From Saprospiraceae bacterium (GTDB lineage Bacteria; Bacteroidota; Bacteroidia; Chitinophagales; Saprospiraceae): 40,850 bases of DNA. Positions 1-9,230 of the stretch are shown here, piece by piece. The translations under genes and the position numbers were made by a program. Numbering within the stretch: the stretch's first letter is position 1; every line of letters starts with the position of its first letter. Under the pieces are notes generated by a model. The model was not told the origin of the DNA. It saw only the letters and a program-made list of their open reading frames with translations, and searched no databases. The stretch covers positions 1 through 40,850 of the forward strand of contig JALVES010000081.1 in assembly GCA_027030635.1 (NCBI GenBank). The letters run 5' to 3'.

Positions 1-752
1 CGGCGTTCTTTGTTTTCAAATTTCGCACACTCGGGCTTGAGCTGAAACTGCAGGTCCGGGCGCAAGTGGCTTTCGGGCAGGGCCGGAAGCAAAGCGGTGG
101 GTACAAAGGCTATCTCTGCCTGAGCTCTGCGCAATTCCCGATCTTTTTCTGCAAAGGGCTCTTCGCTTGCCTGAGAAGGCGAAGAAGAGACATCCGTTTG
201 TGTTGCAGAACGCTGCATCGAAGTAAAATCCTGATCTGCGTATATTTTGGTTTCGGCTTGAGCAGGTGCAGGAGAAGCTGCCCTTTTTTCTTTCCTGCCG
301 CTTGTCGTTTGTAGAGGCGTAGTTGATTTTGAATGGAAAACTTCAGTAGTGTGAGATGAGTTGCCGGATTTTGAAACAGATGCCTTTTCGGCTTGATCGG
401 AGGCGGTTTCCTTTTGATTTGCAGCCTGGTCTTCGGATAAGCGTTTTGTCGGCGTTTCGGATAGACTTGCCTGGGTATTGTTCTGATATTTTTCGCTTGG
501 AACGGCTTTTGGGGGAGTGTCTTTTATATGAATTTCCTGGTTCTCACTTCGGTTGAGCAGGCCATACCAAAGGCCAAAGGCTAATAGTAAGGCTGCCGCT
601 GCGAGCATTGCACGCGAGGCAAGACTGCCTCCAAAAACGGGCGCTCTGTGCTTGCGGCGCTTCAGCACATCATCCAAAAGGTGCTCAGGTACGGGTGATT
701 TATAGTCTTTCAGTCTTCGTCTTATCTCCCGATCAAAGGGGTCTGTGCTCAT
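1..752 (-). CDS. Partial putative anti-sigma factor / single-pass membrane protein, with its 3' end cut by the window edge
   Basis: Absent from the ORF track because it has no stop in the window. Manual reverse-complement translation from the ATG at 752-750 gives MSTDPFDREIRRRLKDYKSPVPEHLLDDVLKRRKHRAPVFGGSLASRAMLAAAALLLAFGLWYGLLNRSENQEIHIKD... I checked the frame as open down to about position 240 and the track shows no competing minus ORF. It has one hydrophobic helix followed by a S/T/A/Q/K-rich tail. The start overlaps the stop of the upstream ECF sigma gene by 20 nt. Confidence 0.55.
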   Translation of the reverse strand, partial: MSTDPFDREIRRRLKDYKSPVPEHLLDDVLKRRKHRAPVFGGSLASRAMLAAAALLLAFGLWYGLLNRSENQEIHIKDTPPKAVPSEKYQNNTQASLSETPTKRLSEDQAANQKETASDQAEKASVSKSGNSSHTTEVFHSKSTTPLQTTSGRKEKRAASPAPAQAETKIYADQDFTSMQRSATQTDVSSSPSQASEEPFAEKDRELRRAQAEIAFVPTALLPALPESHLRPDLQFQLKPECAKFENKER

Positions 753-1284
753 AATAGTCTTTTTTTAATGCCAGGACTTTTTTCTTCAGTATGTTCCGCG
801 CTTTGACCAATTGGGAGCGCGAGGTGCTTTCTTTGATGCCGAGCTTCTCGGCTATTTCTCTGTGGCTGTAACCTTCGATCACAGCCAGGTTAAAAATGAC
901 CCGATAGCCTTCCGGCAAATCCTGTATGAGCCGAATGAGTTCTTCTTCGCTCAATACGGATATTGCTTCGGGCTCCACCGACTGATCGCAGCCCGGGTCT
1001 ATGCCAATTTTTTCCTTTTGGAAACTGCTCTTGTTGCAGTTCTTTAAGGAAGTATGTACGGCAATTTTATTCAACCAACCCTCAAAGGAACCTTTATACT
1101 CAAAATTCTTCAGCTTGTCGAAGATTCTTATGAAGGTGTCTTGCAGCAAATCCTCGGCCTCCATGTCATGACGGGCATAACGCCGGCAAATGCTCAGCAA
1201 CCTGCCGGCATGACGTCGCCACAATTCTTCCTGGCAGCTTCGGTCTTCGCGAATGCATCCTTCAATAAGTTCTCTTTCAGTCAC
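733..1284 (-). CDS. ECF-type RNA polymerase sigma-70 family factor
   Basis: 183 aa. Region 2 reads DLLQDTFIRIFDKLKNFEYKGSFEGWLNKIAVHTSLKNC. Region 4 HTH reads VIFNLAVIEGYSHREIAEKLGIKESTSRSQLVKARNILKK. GTG start. Confidence 0.88.
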   Translation of the reverse strand: MTERELIEGCIREDRSCQEELWRRHAGRLLSICRRYARHDMEAEDLLQDTFIRIFDKLKNFEYKGSFEGWLNKIAVHTSLKNCNKSSFQKEKIGIDPGCDQSVEPEAISVLSEEELIRLIQDLPEGYRVIFNLAVIEGYSHREIAEKLGIKESTSRSQLVKARNILKKKVLALKKDYYEHRPL

Positions 1285-1455
1285 CCAAAGAATGTTTAGA
1301 AATCCCCCCTGCGAGCCATTGTTTCAAATAGCTGCACAGGCCAATACCCGAAGCCTGGGGGCTTTCCGCTATAAAGAGGATACTCCCAAACCTCAAAATG
1401 CTGCTTAAAGATAAGTAAATTTCTTTGTTTATATCACTTTTCGGGAGTTTGGCTA

Positions 1456-1463
1456 TATTTTTG
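1456..1463 (+). promoter_or_regulatory. Bacteroidota -7 promoter box (TATTTTTG, matches TAnnTTTG)
   Basis: Exact TAnnTTTG match 12 nt upstream of the ATG at 1475. Confidence 0.4.
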
Positions 1464-1474
1464 CATTTCAATTT

Positions 1475-3109
1475 TTGATGAAAATGAGAAAAAAACTACT
1501 CTTTCTGCTGCCGGCTGTTTTTGTCATTTGCTCTCTCAGAGCTACGACTTACTACGGCACGCCCTCTGATTACACCTCTTACTTTTCTCTTCTGCAGCCG
1601 GGCGACAGCCTGCTCCTCGAAGCAGGCGATTACTACGATCGCATGAACCTGGACGACATCGTCGGTACCGAGAGCGCTCCCATCGTCATCAGCGGGCCGG
1701 CTTCGGGGGCTTCTGCCATCCTCTACGGAGATGCCTGTTGCAATACCGTGAGCATAGAGCGCTGTGCTTATCTGACCATCTCCAATCTGGTGCTCGATGG
1801 CCAGGACATTCCCTACATTGATGCCGTGAAGGCCGAGGGCACTTCCGGCAATTGGGCCCATCACATCACCATTGAAAACCTGCTCATCATCCACCACGGG
1901 GGCGCTTCTTTGACCGTAGGCATCAGCACCAAATGTCCCGCCTGGAATTGGGTCATTCGCCACAACACGCTCATTGAGCCCGGTGTGGGGTTATACCTCG
2001 GCAACAGCGATGGCACGGCTCCTTTCGTAGCGGGCCTGGTAGAATACAACCTCGTGCTAAATCCCCGCCGCTATTGCATGCAAATTAAGCATCAGAACGT
2101 CGGCACCCGCGATGTGGCAGGCATGCCCACCGAGGCCCATACGACCATTCGCTACAACGTCTTTTCCCGGGACGAGGGCAGCGACCCCGATACACCCCGC
2201 CCCAATTTGCTGGTGGGCGCTTTCCCCGCTTCGGGCTCCGGCTCTGACGATTATTATGAAATTTACGGCAACTTCCTCTGGCAAAACCCCAATGAGGGCC
2301 TCTTTCAGGGCACGGGCAACCTGGCCTTTTACGACAACCTGCTCGTCAATTACTACAGCAACGGCTGGGGCGTCCTCAGCTTCCCCCACAACGACTTTGC
2401 GCCCCGCGAAGTGCATTATTTCCACAACACCATCTACACCACTTCCTACGGCATTGAGATGTACAATGTGGATGCTGCTTATGAGCAAAACGTTACCGGC
2501 AACGCCATCTTCGCCCCCATTGCCCTGCAATTGGACAGCGATGTAAACTCAGACAACAACCTCCTGCCCGACCCTCCCGAGCTGATAACCGAGTTCTTAC
2601 AAGACCCGTACAGCCCCCTCGGCCAGGCCGATTATCGCCCGGCTCCGGGATATATGCAGGCCGACCCCGCCATTGACCTTTCGCTTTTTACGCAGTATGA
2701 GCGTTACAATCGCGATTTTGAAGGGCATCTGCGAGATGGGGGATACTACGGCGCTTACCTCCCTTCCGACGAGCTTTTGTGGGCACCCGATCTCGAAATT
2801 CGCCCCGAGGTAGGGCTGCTCCCCGTCAGCGTTTTGGAGCTTTATCCGGCCGAAAAATTCTATTTGAGAGTGCATCCCAATCCGGTGCGTGGAGATTTTT
2901 TGAGCCTTTCGGCAAATATCCCGACGGCCGGCGTCCTTCGCCTGAGCTTATCGGACATCAACGGCCGCATACTCCTGACGCAGAGCGAGGAGGTCGCCCC
3001 TGGCCTGTGGGAAGGGCAAGTCGCGTTATCGCATTTGCCGAAAGGCTATTATTTCCTCTCCTGGACTACGGAAAGCAGCCACGGCAGTGTAAAAATCATC
3101 AGGAATTGA
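1475..3109 (+). CDS. Secreted parallel beta-helix repeat protein with T9SS C-terminal sorting domain
   Basis: Signal peptide MMKMRKKLLFLLPAVFVICSLRA. Recurrent xxNxx beta-helix rungs: ITIENLLI, IRHNTLIE, VEYNLVLN, IRYNVFSR, FYDNLLVN, YFHNTIYT, VTGNAIFA. C-terminus LRVHPNPVRGDFLSLS...GYYFLSW...VKIIRN is typical of a Por/T9SS CTD. Confidence 0.8.
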   Translation: MMKMRKKLLFLLPAVFVICSLRATTYYGTPSDYTSYFSLLQPGDSLLLEAGDYYDRMNLDDIVGTESAPIVISGPASGASAILYGDACCNTVSIERCAYLTISNLVLDGQDIPYIDAVKAEGTSGNWAHHITIENLLIIHHGGASLTVGISTKCPAWNWVIRHNTLIEPGVGLYLGNSDGTAPFVAGLVEYNLVLNPRRYCMQIKHQNVGTRDVAGMPTEAHTTIRYNVFSRDEGSDPDTPRPNLLVGAFPASGSGSDDYYEIYGNFLWQNPNEGLFQGTGNLAFYDNLLVNYYSNGWGVLSFPHNDFAPREVHYFHNTIYTTSYGIEMYNVDAAYEQNVTGNAIFAPIALQLDSDVNSDNNLLPDPPELITEFLQDPYSPLGQADYRPAPGYMQADPAIDLSLFTQYERYNRDFEGHLRDGGYYGAYLPSDELLWAPDLEIRPEVGLLPVSVLELYPAEKFYLRVHPNPVRGDFLSLSANIPTAGVLRLSLSDINGRILLTQSEEVAPGLWEGQVALSHLPKGYYFLSWTTESSHGSVKIIRN

Positions 3110-4259
3110 GGCTGAATCGCTTTTTGGCATACCACATATAGCCGGCAGCAATGAGCAACATACCGGTGGCAACAAAGCCAAAGGCCGTGCTCAACGTATA
3201 GCGCATGGTGATGGGTGCCAGCAGCAGCGGCGAGGAAAACTGGCCGAGAAAAAAGGCCGAGCTCATGCGCCCCATGGCTCTCCCACGCCGGGTTTCGGGG
3301 ATGATGTCGAGTATCCACAGGCCGGGGTTGGGCATGAGCAGGCCCACACCAAAGCCGGTTACTACCATGCCCAATAAGACGCTGTACCAGCCTATGGCAA
3401 GAGCCGTGAAGCCGTACCCCAGGGCCGTGATGAAAAAGGCCAGGGCATACATCTGCGAAAAGTGAAACCGCCTGCGCAAAGGGCTGTACATCAGCGAACC
3501 GAGGGCTGCCGACAAAGTGCCCGTAACGATGGCCAGCGCAGCATAAACAGGCGAAGGCACGCCCAACTCCCGCAGCAAAAAGGGCAGTTGTACCGGTATC
3601 ATAAAAAAGGCTGCCATGGTTACAAAAGCCGTGGCGAGGATGAGCATGAAAAGCCGCTTGTCATAAGTTTCGGCCGTATCGCACAGCTCGTCTTCCGCAC
3701 TGCGGTCAGGCTCGTGCATCCAGGCTATGACCATAGGCAGTACCAAAAGTCCCAGACCATAAATCAGGAAGGGATCGTGCCAGTCGTATTCGGAAAGCCA
3801 GCCCGCCAAGGCGATGAAAACCATGCCGCCAAGGGCCATGAAAGCGCTTTGCAGGCTCATGTAGCGATCGCGCTCTGCCCCGCAGAAATAATCGCCTGCC
3901 AGAGTGGTAACAATGGGCATGATAAAGGCTACGGATAAACCGAGGAAAATTCTGCCGGCCACCAACGGCCACAAGTCGTTGAAGAAAAAACCCGAACTGC
4001 CCGCCAGCACGTACAGCAAGATGGCGGCTTTCAGCAGCCTGATGCGTCCGTAGCGGTCTATGAGCGCGCCCGCTATGGGGCTGAGCAGGGCAATAAACAG
4101 GGCCGGCAGCGTCAACAGCATTTTGGAGATGAAATCTGCCTGCTGGTAGCCCGACAAGGCCTGGCTGATTTTGGGCAAAGCCGGGCCAATGATGGCACTG
4201 GAAAGAGCCGTCAGCGTAGCTGTCATCAGCAAGGCGATTTTGAGTTTTGTCTTGCGCAT
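3099..4259 (-). CDS. MFS transporter
   Basis: Multiple TM helices. MFS motif A-like GALIDRYGRIRLL. The ORF is open to 4379, but the Met at 4259 (MRKTKLKIALLMTATL...) gives a typical MFS N-terminus. It converges on the previous gene with an 11-nt overlap. Confidence 0.82.
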   Translation of the reverse strand: MRKTKLKIALLMTATLTALSSAIIGPALPKISQALSGYQQADFISKMLLTLPALFIALLSPIAGALIDRYGRIRLLKAAILLYVLAGSSGFFFNDLWPLVAGRIFLGLSVAFIMPIVTTLAGDYFCGAERDRYMSLQSAFMALGGMVFIALAGWLSEYDWHDPFLIYGLGLLVLPMVIAWMHEPDRSAEDELCDTAETYDKRLFMLILATAFVTMAAFFMIPVQLPFLLRELGVPSPVYAALAIVTGTLSAALGSLMYSPLRRRFHFSQMYALAFFITALGYGFTALAIGWYSVLLGMVVTGFGVGLLMPNPGLWILDIIPETRRGRAMGRMSSAFFLGQFSSPLLLAPITMRYTLSTAFGFVATGMLLIAAGYMWYAKKRFSLNS

Positions 4260-4512
4260 AAAAATCTCCTTTTGAGGGCATCGCCCCCACTCCCCGAAAT
4301 GCCGTAAAAATACAGCCTGCAAAATACGCCCTTTTGGGTCTTTTTCGTTCATAAACCGAAGTTTTCGCAGCATGCCCATACGCTATGCCTAATATCCGGA
4401 AATTCTCTTATTATAGCGCGGTCAAATTTTTACTAAACGCAAAGCGCCAAAACCCTTACTTTTGAGCCGTACTTTTGATCACACAAAAACCATTTCCCCA
4501 GTGAAAGAAAAA

Positions 4513-6240
4513 CCCATGAGATCTTTGTTCGTCCTTTTTGTTGTTGCCTTTTTCTCTCTGAGCAGCCTGCAGGCTCAGGAGCCCGTTTATACCGTTTATC
4601 TCGGCACTTTTTTGGATGCCCAAAAGAGCAACTTTGAGCCCTTGGAGTCCCTGGGCTTTTTGTATGCCGATGAAATGAGCAACAACCTGAGTAAGGTCTT
4701 TATCGGAGGCTATACCTCTAAAGCAGCCGGCGATGCCGTGGCTGTGGCAGCCCGCAAAAAAGGGTATATGGACGCCACCGTGGTGGAGTTGAAAACCCAG
4801 GATTCTCCCAAAGCTGCCGTGGTGCAACTGGGTATCAAAAACGCCCGCAAAAAGATAGATTGGAGCGAATTTTCCAAAGCCGGGAAAATTTACTTCATCC
4901 TGCGCAACGATCAGGTCAAAGTCGTTACGGGCATTTTTCCCTCTATGGCTTCTGCTCAATCGGCCGTTGGCGAATTGAGGAAGCGGGGATATAAAGATGC
5001 TTTCGCAAAATCCGTTCCGGAGGTGTTGCTGCACGAGCTGAACGGCTTTGTGCTGGGCAAGCCCGCAGCTACGCAGGAGGGCATGTTTGGCGAAGAGCCC
5101 GTAGCTGCGAAGACTTCGGTGCCTGCCGATGTGCCCGTGTCTTACGATTTTGAGGCCGGCGGGCCTGTGGTCATCAAATCTCCCACGGCGCCGGAGGCTG
5201 AGCACTATACGCCGCCGGCACAAAGCGATCTCTTGTATCGTCCCGAAATTCGCACGAAGGTGAAACGCGGTTCGGCCTTGCAGTTGCAGAAAATTCTCAA
5301 GCGACTCGGCTATTACAGCAGCAGTTTAGACGGTTATTACGGCCGTGGCACTGCCGGAGCTTACGACAAAGCGCTAAAAGAGCTGCCGGCGCTGAAGAAA
5401 TACAGCGTTCTTGCCAACCACTTGGATGAGTTGAATGCCGCAGAAAAAGAGGATGGCCTGCAATATTACATCAATACCCTGCCGGATGATCCGGCCCATG
5501 CCTTGTCAGGCTTGTCGGCCTCTTCCGAGCCTTTGGCGAAAGCCTATCGCGCTTATTGGTCGTTTGTTACGCGGGGCCCGAGCCGTGAAGTCAATGATCT
5601 GATGAACGCCGCCGTTCACCAGGCTTATGCCGACCCCAAGACACCGGTGCCTTCGCGCTTTGACCCTGCAGCCACCTATGCTTATGCCAATCTCTCGCAG
5701 TTGATTCTGCATCTGAGCTACATCCATCGCGCAGTGGGGAAGTCCATCGCTGCTCCCTGCTGGCTGTTTCAACGCCACCCCAAAGAAGCGCTGAGCGCTT
5801 TTGAGCCCGAGGGCAGCATGACACAGGCCGATTATCGCATCCAGGCCTGTGCCGGCTTCGACCAGTGGCCCGAAGTACGCTTGCTCATAGCCATAGGCGA
5901 AGACCTCAACGCCATGAGCCCTCCGGCGCCGGATGTACTGGCCAATGCCCGCTCCCGCCAGACGCGCTACCTGCTCTCTCCCAAGCCTCTGCCTGCTTCG
6001 CAAACAGCCGATCTGCAGGCCCGTCAAAAGCGCCTCATCTCCAATTTGGATGTTTGGGCAGGCAAAGACCCTCTGCATCAGAAGATCGTTACGGCCTTTA
6101 AAATCAGCTATTACCAAACGCAGGTGCTGCTCGAAGATTTCTACATGGACAAAGACCTGAATCCAGATCAGGCCAAGGGCCTGGCCCTGGGCACCTTAGA
6201 TGCCATTGTAGAGCCTTATGTGATTCGGTTTTTGAAGTGA
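4513..6240 (+). CDS. Secreted protein with two SPOR-like repeats and a PG_binding_1-like peptidoglycan-binding domain
   Basis: Signal peptide MRSLFVLFVVAFFSLSSLQAQ (ORF open from 4462). Two roughly 70-aa repeats: YTVYLGTF...AARKKGYMDATVVEL and VVQLGI...LRKRGYKDAFAKSV. The segment ALQLQKILKRLGYYSSSLDGYYGRGTAGAYDKAL resembles a PG-binding domain. The C-terminal ~330 aa are unassigned. Confidence 0.7.
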   Translation, partial: PMRSLFVLFVVAFFSLSSLQAQEPVYTVYLGTFLDAQKSNFEPLESLGFLYADEMSNNLSKVFIGGYTSKAAGDAVAVAARKKGYMDATVVELKTQDSPKAAVVQLGIKNARKKIDWSEFSKAGKIYFILRNDQVKVVTGIFPSMASAQSAVGELRKRGYKDAFAKSVPEVLLHELNGFVLGKPAATQEGMFGEEPVAAKTSVPADVPVSYDFEAGGPVVIKSPTAPEAEHYTPPAQSDLLYRPEIRTKVKRGSALQLQKILKRLGYYSSSLDGYYGRGTAGAYDKALKELPALKKYSVLANHLDELNAAEKEDGLQYYINTLPDDPAHALSGLSASSEPLAKAYRAYWSFVTRGPSREVNDLMNAAVHQAYADPKTPVPSRFDPAATYAYANLSQLILHLSYIHRAVGKSIAAPCWLFQRHPKEALSAFEPEGSMTQADYRIQACAGFDQWPEVRLLIAIGEDLNAMSPPAPDVLANARSRQTRYLLSPKPLPASQTADLQARQKRLISNLDVWAGKDPLHQKIVTAFKISYYQTQVLLEDFYMDKDLNPDQAKGLALGTLDAIVEPYVIRFLK

Positions 6241-6244
6241 ACGC

Positions 6245-6778
6245 TTATTTCACAGCATTAAATCGCAGATCCAGCCGGCTGCTGATGCTTTGAGAAGGTG
6301 TTTTGGCGAGTCGGAACCACAATTGGATGTTGACCTTATCCTCGGTGAGCCATTCTTTGAGGTCGGGTTCATTGGGTACGAGGTCGAAATCGCTGCCGAG
6401 GGTTTGGGTGGGGAATTTCCAGTAAAAGGCTTCTTTGCCGCATTTAAACTCCCTGTCGCCCTCGGGGCAGACCTGTACCGCAATTTCCCAAAAGATGTCT
6501 TCGTAGCTTTCTCCGAAGATGGAGCGGATAAAGGCCTTCCCCGGCAGAATGGCTTTGACGTCGGCAGCCTCAAACCCATAGGTGCCTGCCAACTCTTCAA
6601 AATGCGTGGGCACATTGTCGAAGAAAAAGTAGTAAGTATCTAAGGTGCTGGAGCCGGCTTCGATGTTGAATTCCAGAGAGCTGAGCGGCAGCTCGAAGAG
6701 CAGCTCAAACTTGTCTTTGCGACAGGAGAAGATGCCGAGAAGGGCCAGAAAAAAGAGGAGGGTTGTCTTTACGCGCAT
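6245..6778 (-). CDS. Hypothetical lipoprotein
   Basis: 177 aa. Signal peptide plus lipobox MRVKTTLLFFLALLGIFSC. No recognisable family. Confidence 0.6.
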   Translation of the reverse strand: MRVKTTLLFFLALLGIFSCRKDKFELLFELPLSSLEFNIEAGSSTLDTYYFFFDNVPTHFEELAGTYGFEAADVKAILPGKAFIRSIFGESYEDIFWEIAVQVCPEGDREFKCGKEAFYWKFPTQTLGSDFDLVPNEPDLKEWLTEDKVNIQLWFRLAKTPSQSISSRLDLRFNAVK

Positions 6779-7001
6779 AGCGGGAGTTTTGCTTTAAGAA
6801 CGCAGGCCGGGAAATTTTCGTTTGTCGGCTTGTTTGCATTAAAACAGCGCCATTTGACAAAACCTTTTTGCTTTTCATTGTTTTTTTATGCAAAAGGGTA
6901 AGATGACCTCTGTGGTACAGATATCCATTTGGGCATTTGGGTAGCGCAAAGCCGCCGCTCAAAAGCCTTTGACATTTTTTTCACTTAAAATTTTGAGAAT
7001 C

Positions 7002-8342
7002 ATGAAACAAAAAATTACGCTCTTTGTGTTGACTTTTTTGATGTTGAGCACAGTTGCCTTTGCGCAAAGAAACTTTTCTTCCAATCTCCACGAGAGTGCT
7101 GCCAAGACGGGCATGAGCCATCATGTATGGAACTCTTTGAGGCCTCAGCACGCAGTTGTCCCTGCTCAAAACAGCATGTTCCGCTCTTTGGACACTAAGC
7201 TGGGCCTGGACAGTTTGGTGGTTTCTGTTTATGATGCTAATTTGGCTGTCTGGATGCCCGGTAACAAAGAATGGCATACTTATGATGCAGATGGGCATGA
7301 AACGCTGTTTACGCTTTTCTATTGGAATGCTGATTTGAATGACTGGATGCCGGACGGTAAAACCGGATACGAGTATGATGCAGACGGCCGTTTGTCGGTG
7401 GATTCCAGTTTTTATTTCGATTCTGATAGTACACAGTGGTTTATCATTGACAAAAATGTTTACACTTATGATGCAGACGGGAAGTTGATGCAAAAAGTCA
7501 ATTACTATTGGGATGCAAACAGCTCGCAGTGGGAACCTACGGAGCAGAGTTCATACAGCTACAATGCAGATGGCAGCATAGATGTCATTTCTACTTCGTA
7601 CTGGGTAGGCAGCTGGGTGGATGGCAGCGAGGAAGCCTACATCTATGATGGCGATGGCAATCTGACGGAAATCGTTTCATCTTATTGGGACGGTTTTTCC
7701 TGGGAGCCCGATTCCCGTGAGCTTTTCGGTTACAATGCCGACGGGCAATGGACGGAGTATATTACCCAGTATTGGGATTTTGATCTCCAAGACTGGGCGA
7801 ATGACGAAAAAGAGGAATACATCTATGATGCAGCCGGAGATGTCATGGAAAATTTTACCTATGGCTGGGATATAGTCACTCAGACCTGGATGTCTGTCAG
7901 CAAGCTGGATCTTGTACATGATACAGACTACTCAGCCCAGGATTTGTTGATACCCATTGTTTATGAGGAAGATGCCCCTCACTTTTTTACTCACAAATTG
8001 GACAACGCACAGCTTTATAACTGGGATGAAGACCTCGGCTGGCAGGTCTTTTTGAATGTGGATTTGTACTATTCAGAGTACGTCTTTACTGGCACTTCCG
8101 AGCCTGAGGCGAAAGAGTTGGGCGTTTTCCCCAATCCCGCTTCCGATCATATTTCGCTGCAACTTCCCGATGATTTTACAGAGGGCATTTTCCGCGTATT
8201 TGATGCGCAGGGCCGCCAGGTTTTGGTGCAGGAGTTGCAAGGCTCCGGAGAAATCAGTGTGGCCGGCTTGCGCTCCGGACTGTACTTCTACACCCTCGGA
8301 GGAGACGAGCGAAAGATGTACGGCAAGTTTGTGAAGGAATAA
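7002..8342 (+). CDS. Secreted repeat protein (YD-like YxYDADG / Wxxxxx(x)W repeats) with T9SS C-terminal sorting domain
   Basis: Signal peptide MKQKITLFVLTFLMLSTVAFAQ (ORF open from 6969). At least 7 repeats of about 30 aa: WHTYDADGHE, GYEYDADGRL, VYTYDADGKL, SYSYNADGSI, AYIYDGDGNL, LFGYNADGQW, EYIYDAAGDV. These alternate with YYWDANSSQWEP-type motifs. CTD reads LGVFPNPASDHISLQL...GLYFYTL. Confidence 0.8.
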   Translation: MKQKITLFVLTFLMLSTVAFAQRNFSSNLHESAAKTGMSHHVWNSLRPQHAVVPAQNSMFRSLDTKLGLDSLVVSVYDANLAVWMPGNKEWHTYDADGHETLFTLFYWNADLNDWMPDGKTGYEYDADGRLSVDSSFYFDSDSTQWFIIDKNVYTYDADGKLMQKVNYYWDANSSQWEPTEQSSYSYNADGSIDVISTSYWVGSWVDGSEEAYIYDGDGNLTEIVSSYWDGFSWEPDSRELFGYNADGQWTEYITQYWDFDLQDWANDEKEEYIYDAAGDVMENFTYGWDIVTQTWMSVSKLDLVHDTDYSAQDLLIPIVYEEDAPHFFTHKLDNAQLYNWDEDLGWQVFLNVDLYYSEYVFTGTSEPEAKELGVFPNPASDHISLQLPDDFTEGIFRVFDAQGRQVLVQELQGSGEISVAGLRSGLYFYTLGGDERKMYGKFVKE

Positions 8343-8359
8343 ACTCCCTTTCCATATTT

Positions 8360-8400
8360 TGCGGGGGCCCCCTGAGCGTAGTCGAAGGGGCGCCCCCGCA
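8360..8400 (+). terminator. Long GC-rich hairpin followed by a T-rich tract
   Basis: tgcgggggcccct(12-nt loop)aggggcgcccccgca forms a ~14-bp stem with a 1-nt bulge, followed by tttatttt. It lies 18 nt after the stop at 8342. Confidence 0.6.
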
Positions 8401-8412
8401 TTTATTTTACGG

Positions 8413-8437
8413 ACGGACGCTCAGGCGTCCGTTTTTC
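8413..8437 (+). terminator. Second hairpin plus T5, shared by convergent genes
   Basis: acggacgc tcag gcgtccgt followed by ttttt. It overlaps the last codons and stop of truA on the opposite strand. Confidence 0.55.
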
Positions 8438-9179
8438 TTATCGGCGGATAAATGACATCTGTCAGATAAAGGCCCCGGGCGGGCACGCTCCATGCCTGGG
8501 GCAGGCGTGTTTGTTCGTCTAAGGCTTTTTGCAGTTCTTCTATGGAGAGTTTACCCAGGCCCGCTTGCAGGCAGGCGCCCACGATGAGGCGCACCATACC
8601 GCGCAGGAAGCGATTGGCGCTTATGCTAAAGCGCAGTTGGCCGGTTTGGGGCTTGCGTTCCCAGGAGATGTGGTGCAGTTGGCATTTCATGTGACGGGCA
8701 TCGCTGTTGCTCTTGCAAAAAGGGTAAAAGGCGTCGTACTGCATGATGAGGCGTCCGGCCTGTTGCAATTTGGCGAAAGCCAAATCCTTACAAAAGGGAA
8801 AGTGGTAGCTCAGGTTTTGGAGGAAGGGGTCTTTGTGGCAGTGTATGCGATACTCATAGCTTCGCTCCAGGGCACTGAAGCGGGCATGCATCTCATCGGG
8901 CACGGGCAACAAAGCGTGCAGCGCTATGTCGGGGGGCAAAAAGCGATTGGCGCGGTGCAGGAAATTCTCGGGCAGGGGCTCTGCTACATCTAAGTGAGCC
9001 ACGTAATAGCTCGCGTGTACGCCTGCGTCTGTGCGGCCGCAGCCGACAAGCTCAACTTTTTGACGGAGTAGCGTGGAGAATGCGTATTCCAACTCCCCCT
9101 GCACGCTGCGCGCCTGGGGCTGCTTCTGCCAACCGGAGAAGGGCGTGCCGAGGTAAGAGAGCTCGAGGAAGTAGCGCAT
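8421..9179 (-). CDS. truA: tRNA pseudouridine(38-40) synthase TruA
   Basis: 252 aa. N-terminus MRYFLELSYLGTPFSGWQKQP and catalytic-Asp motif GCGRTDAGVHA, then RFLRGMVR later. Confidence 0.9.
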   Translation of the reverse strand: MRYFLELSYLGTPFSGWQKQPQARSVQGELEYAFSTLLRQKVELVGCGRTDAGVHASYYVAHLDVAEPLPENFLHRANRFLPPDIALHALLPVPDEMHARFSALERSYEYRIHCHKDPFLQNLSYHFPFCKDLAFAKLQQAGRLIMQYDAFYPFCKSNSDARHMKCQLHHISWERKPQTGQLRFSISANRFLRGMVRLIVGACLQAGLGKLSIEELQKALDEQTRLPQAWSVPARGLYLTDVIYPPIRKTDA

Positions 9180-9230
9180 CTGTTGCTGATTGAAGGGGGA
9201 TGAGTCTTTTGCTGTTGCAAAGAAAAGGTT

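Noticed and set aside
4456-5223. 255-aa minus-strand ORF overlapping the SPOR/PG-binding gene
   Set aside because: The plus-strand frame has a signal peptide and recognisable repeats. The minus frame is Arg/His/Gly-rich with no motifs.
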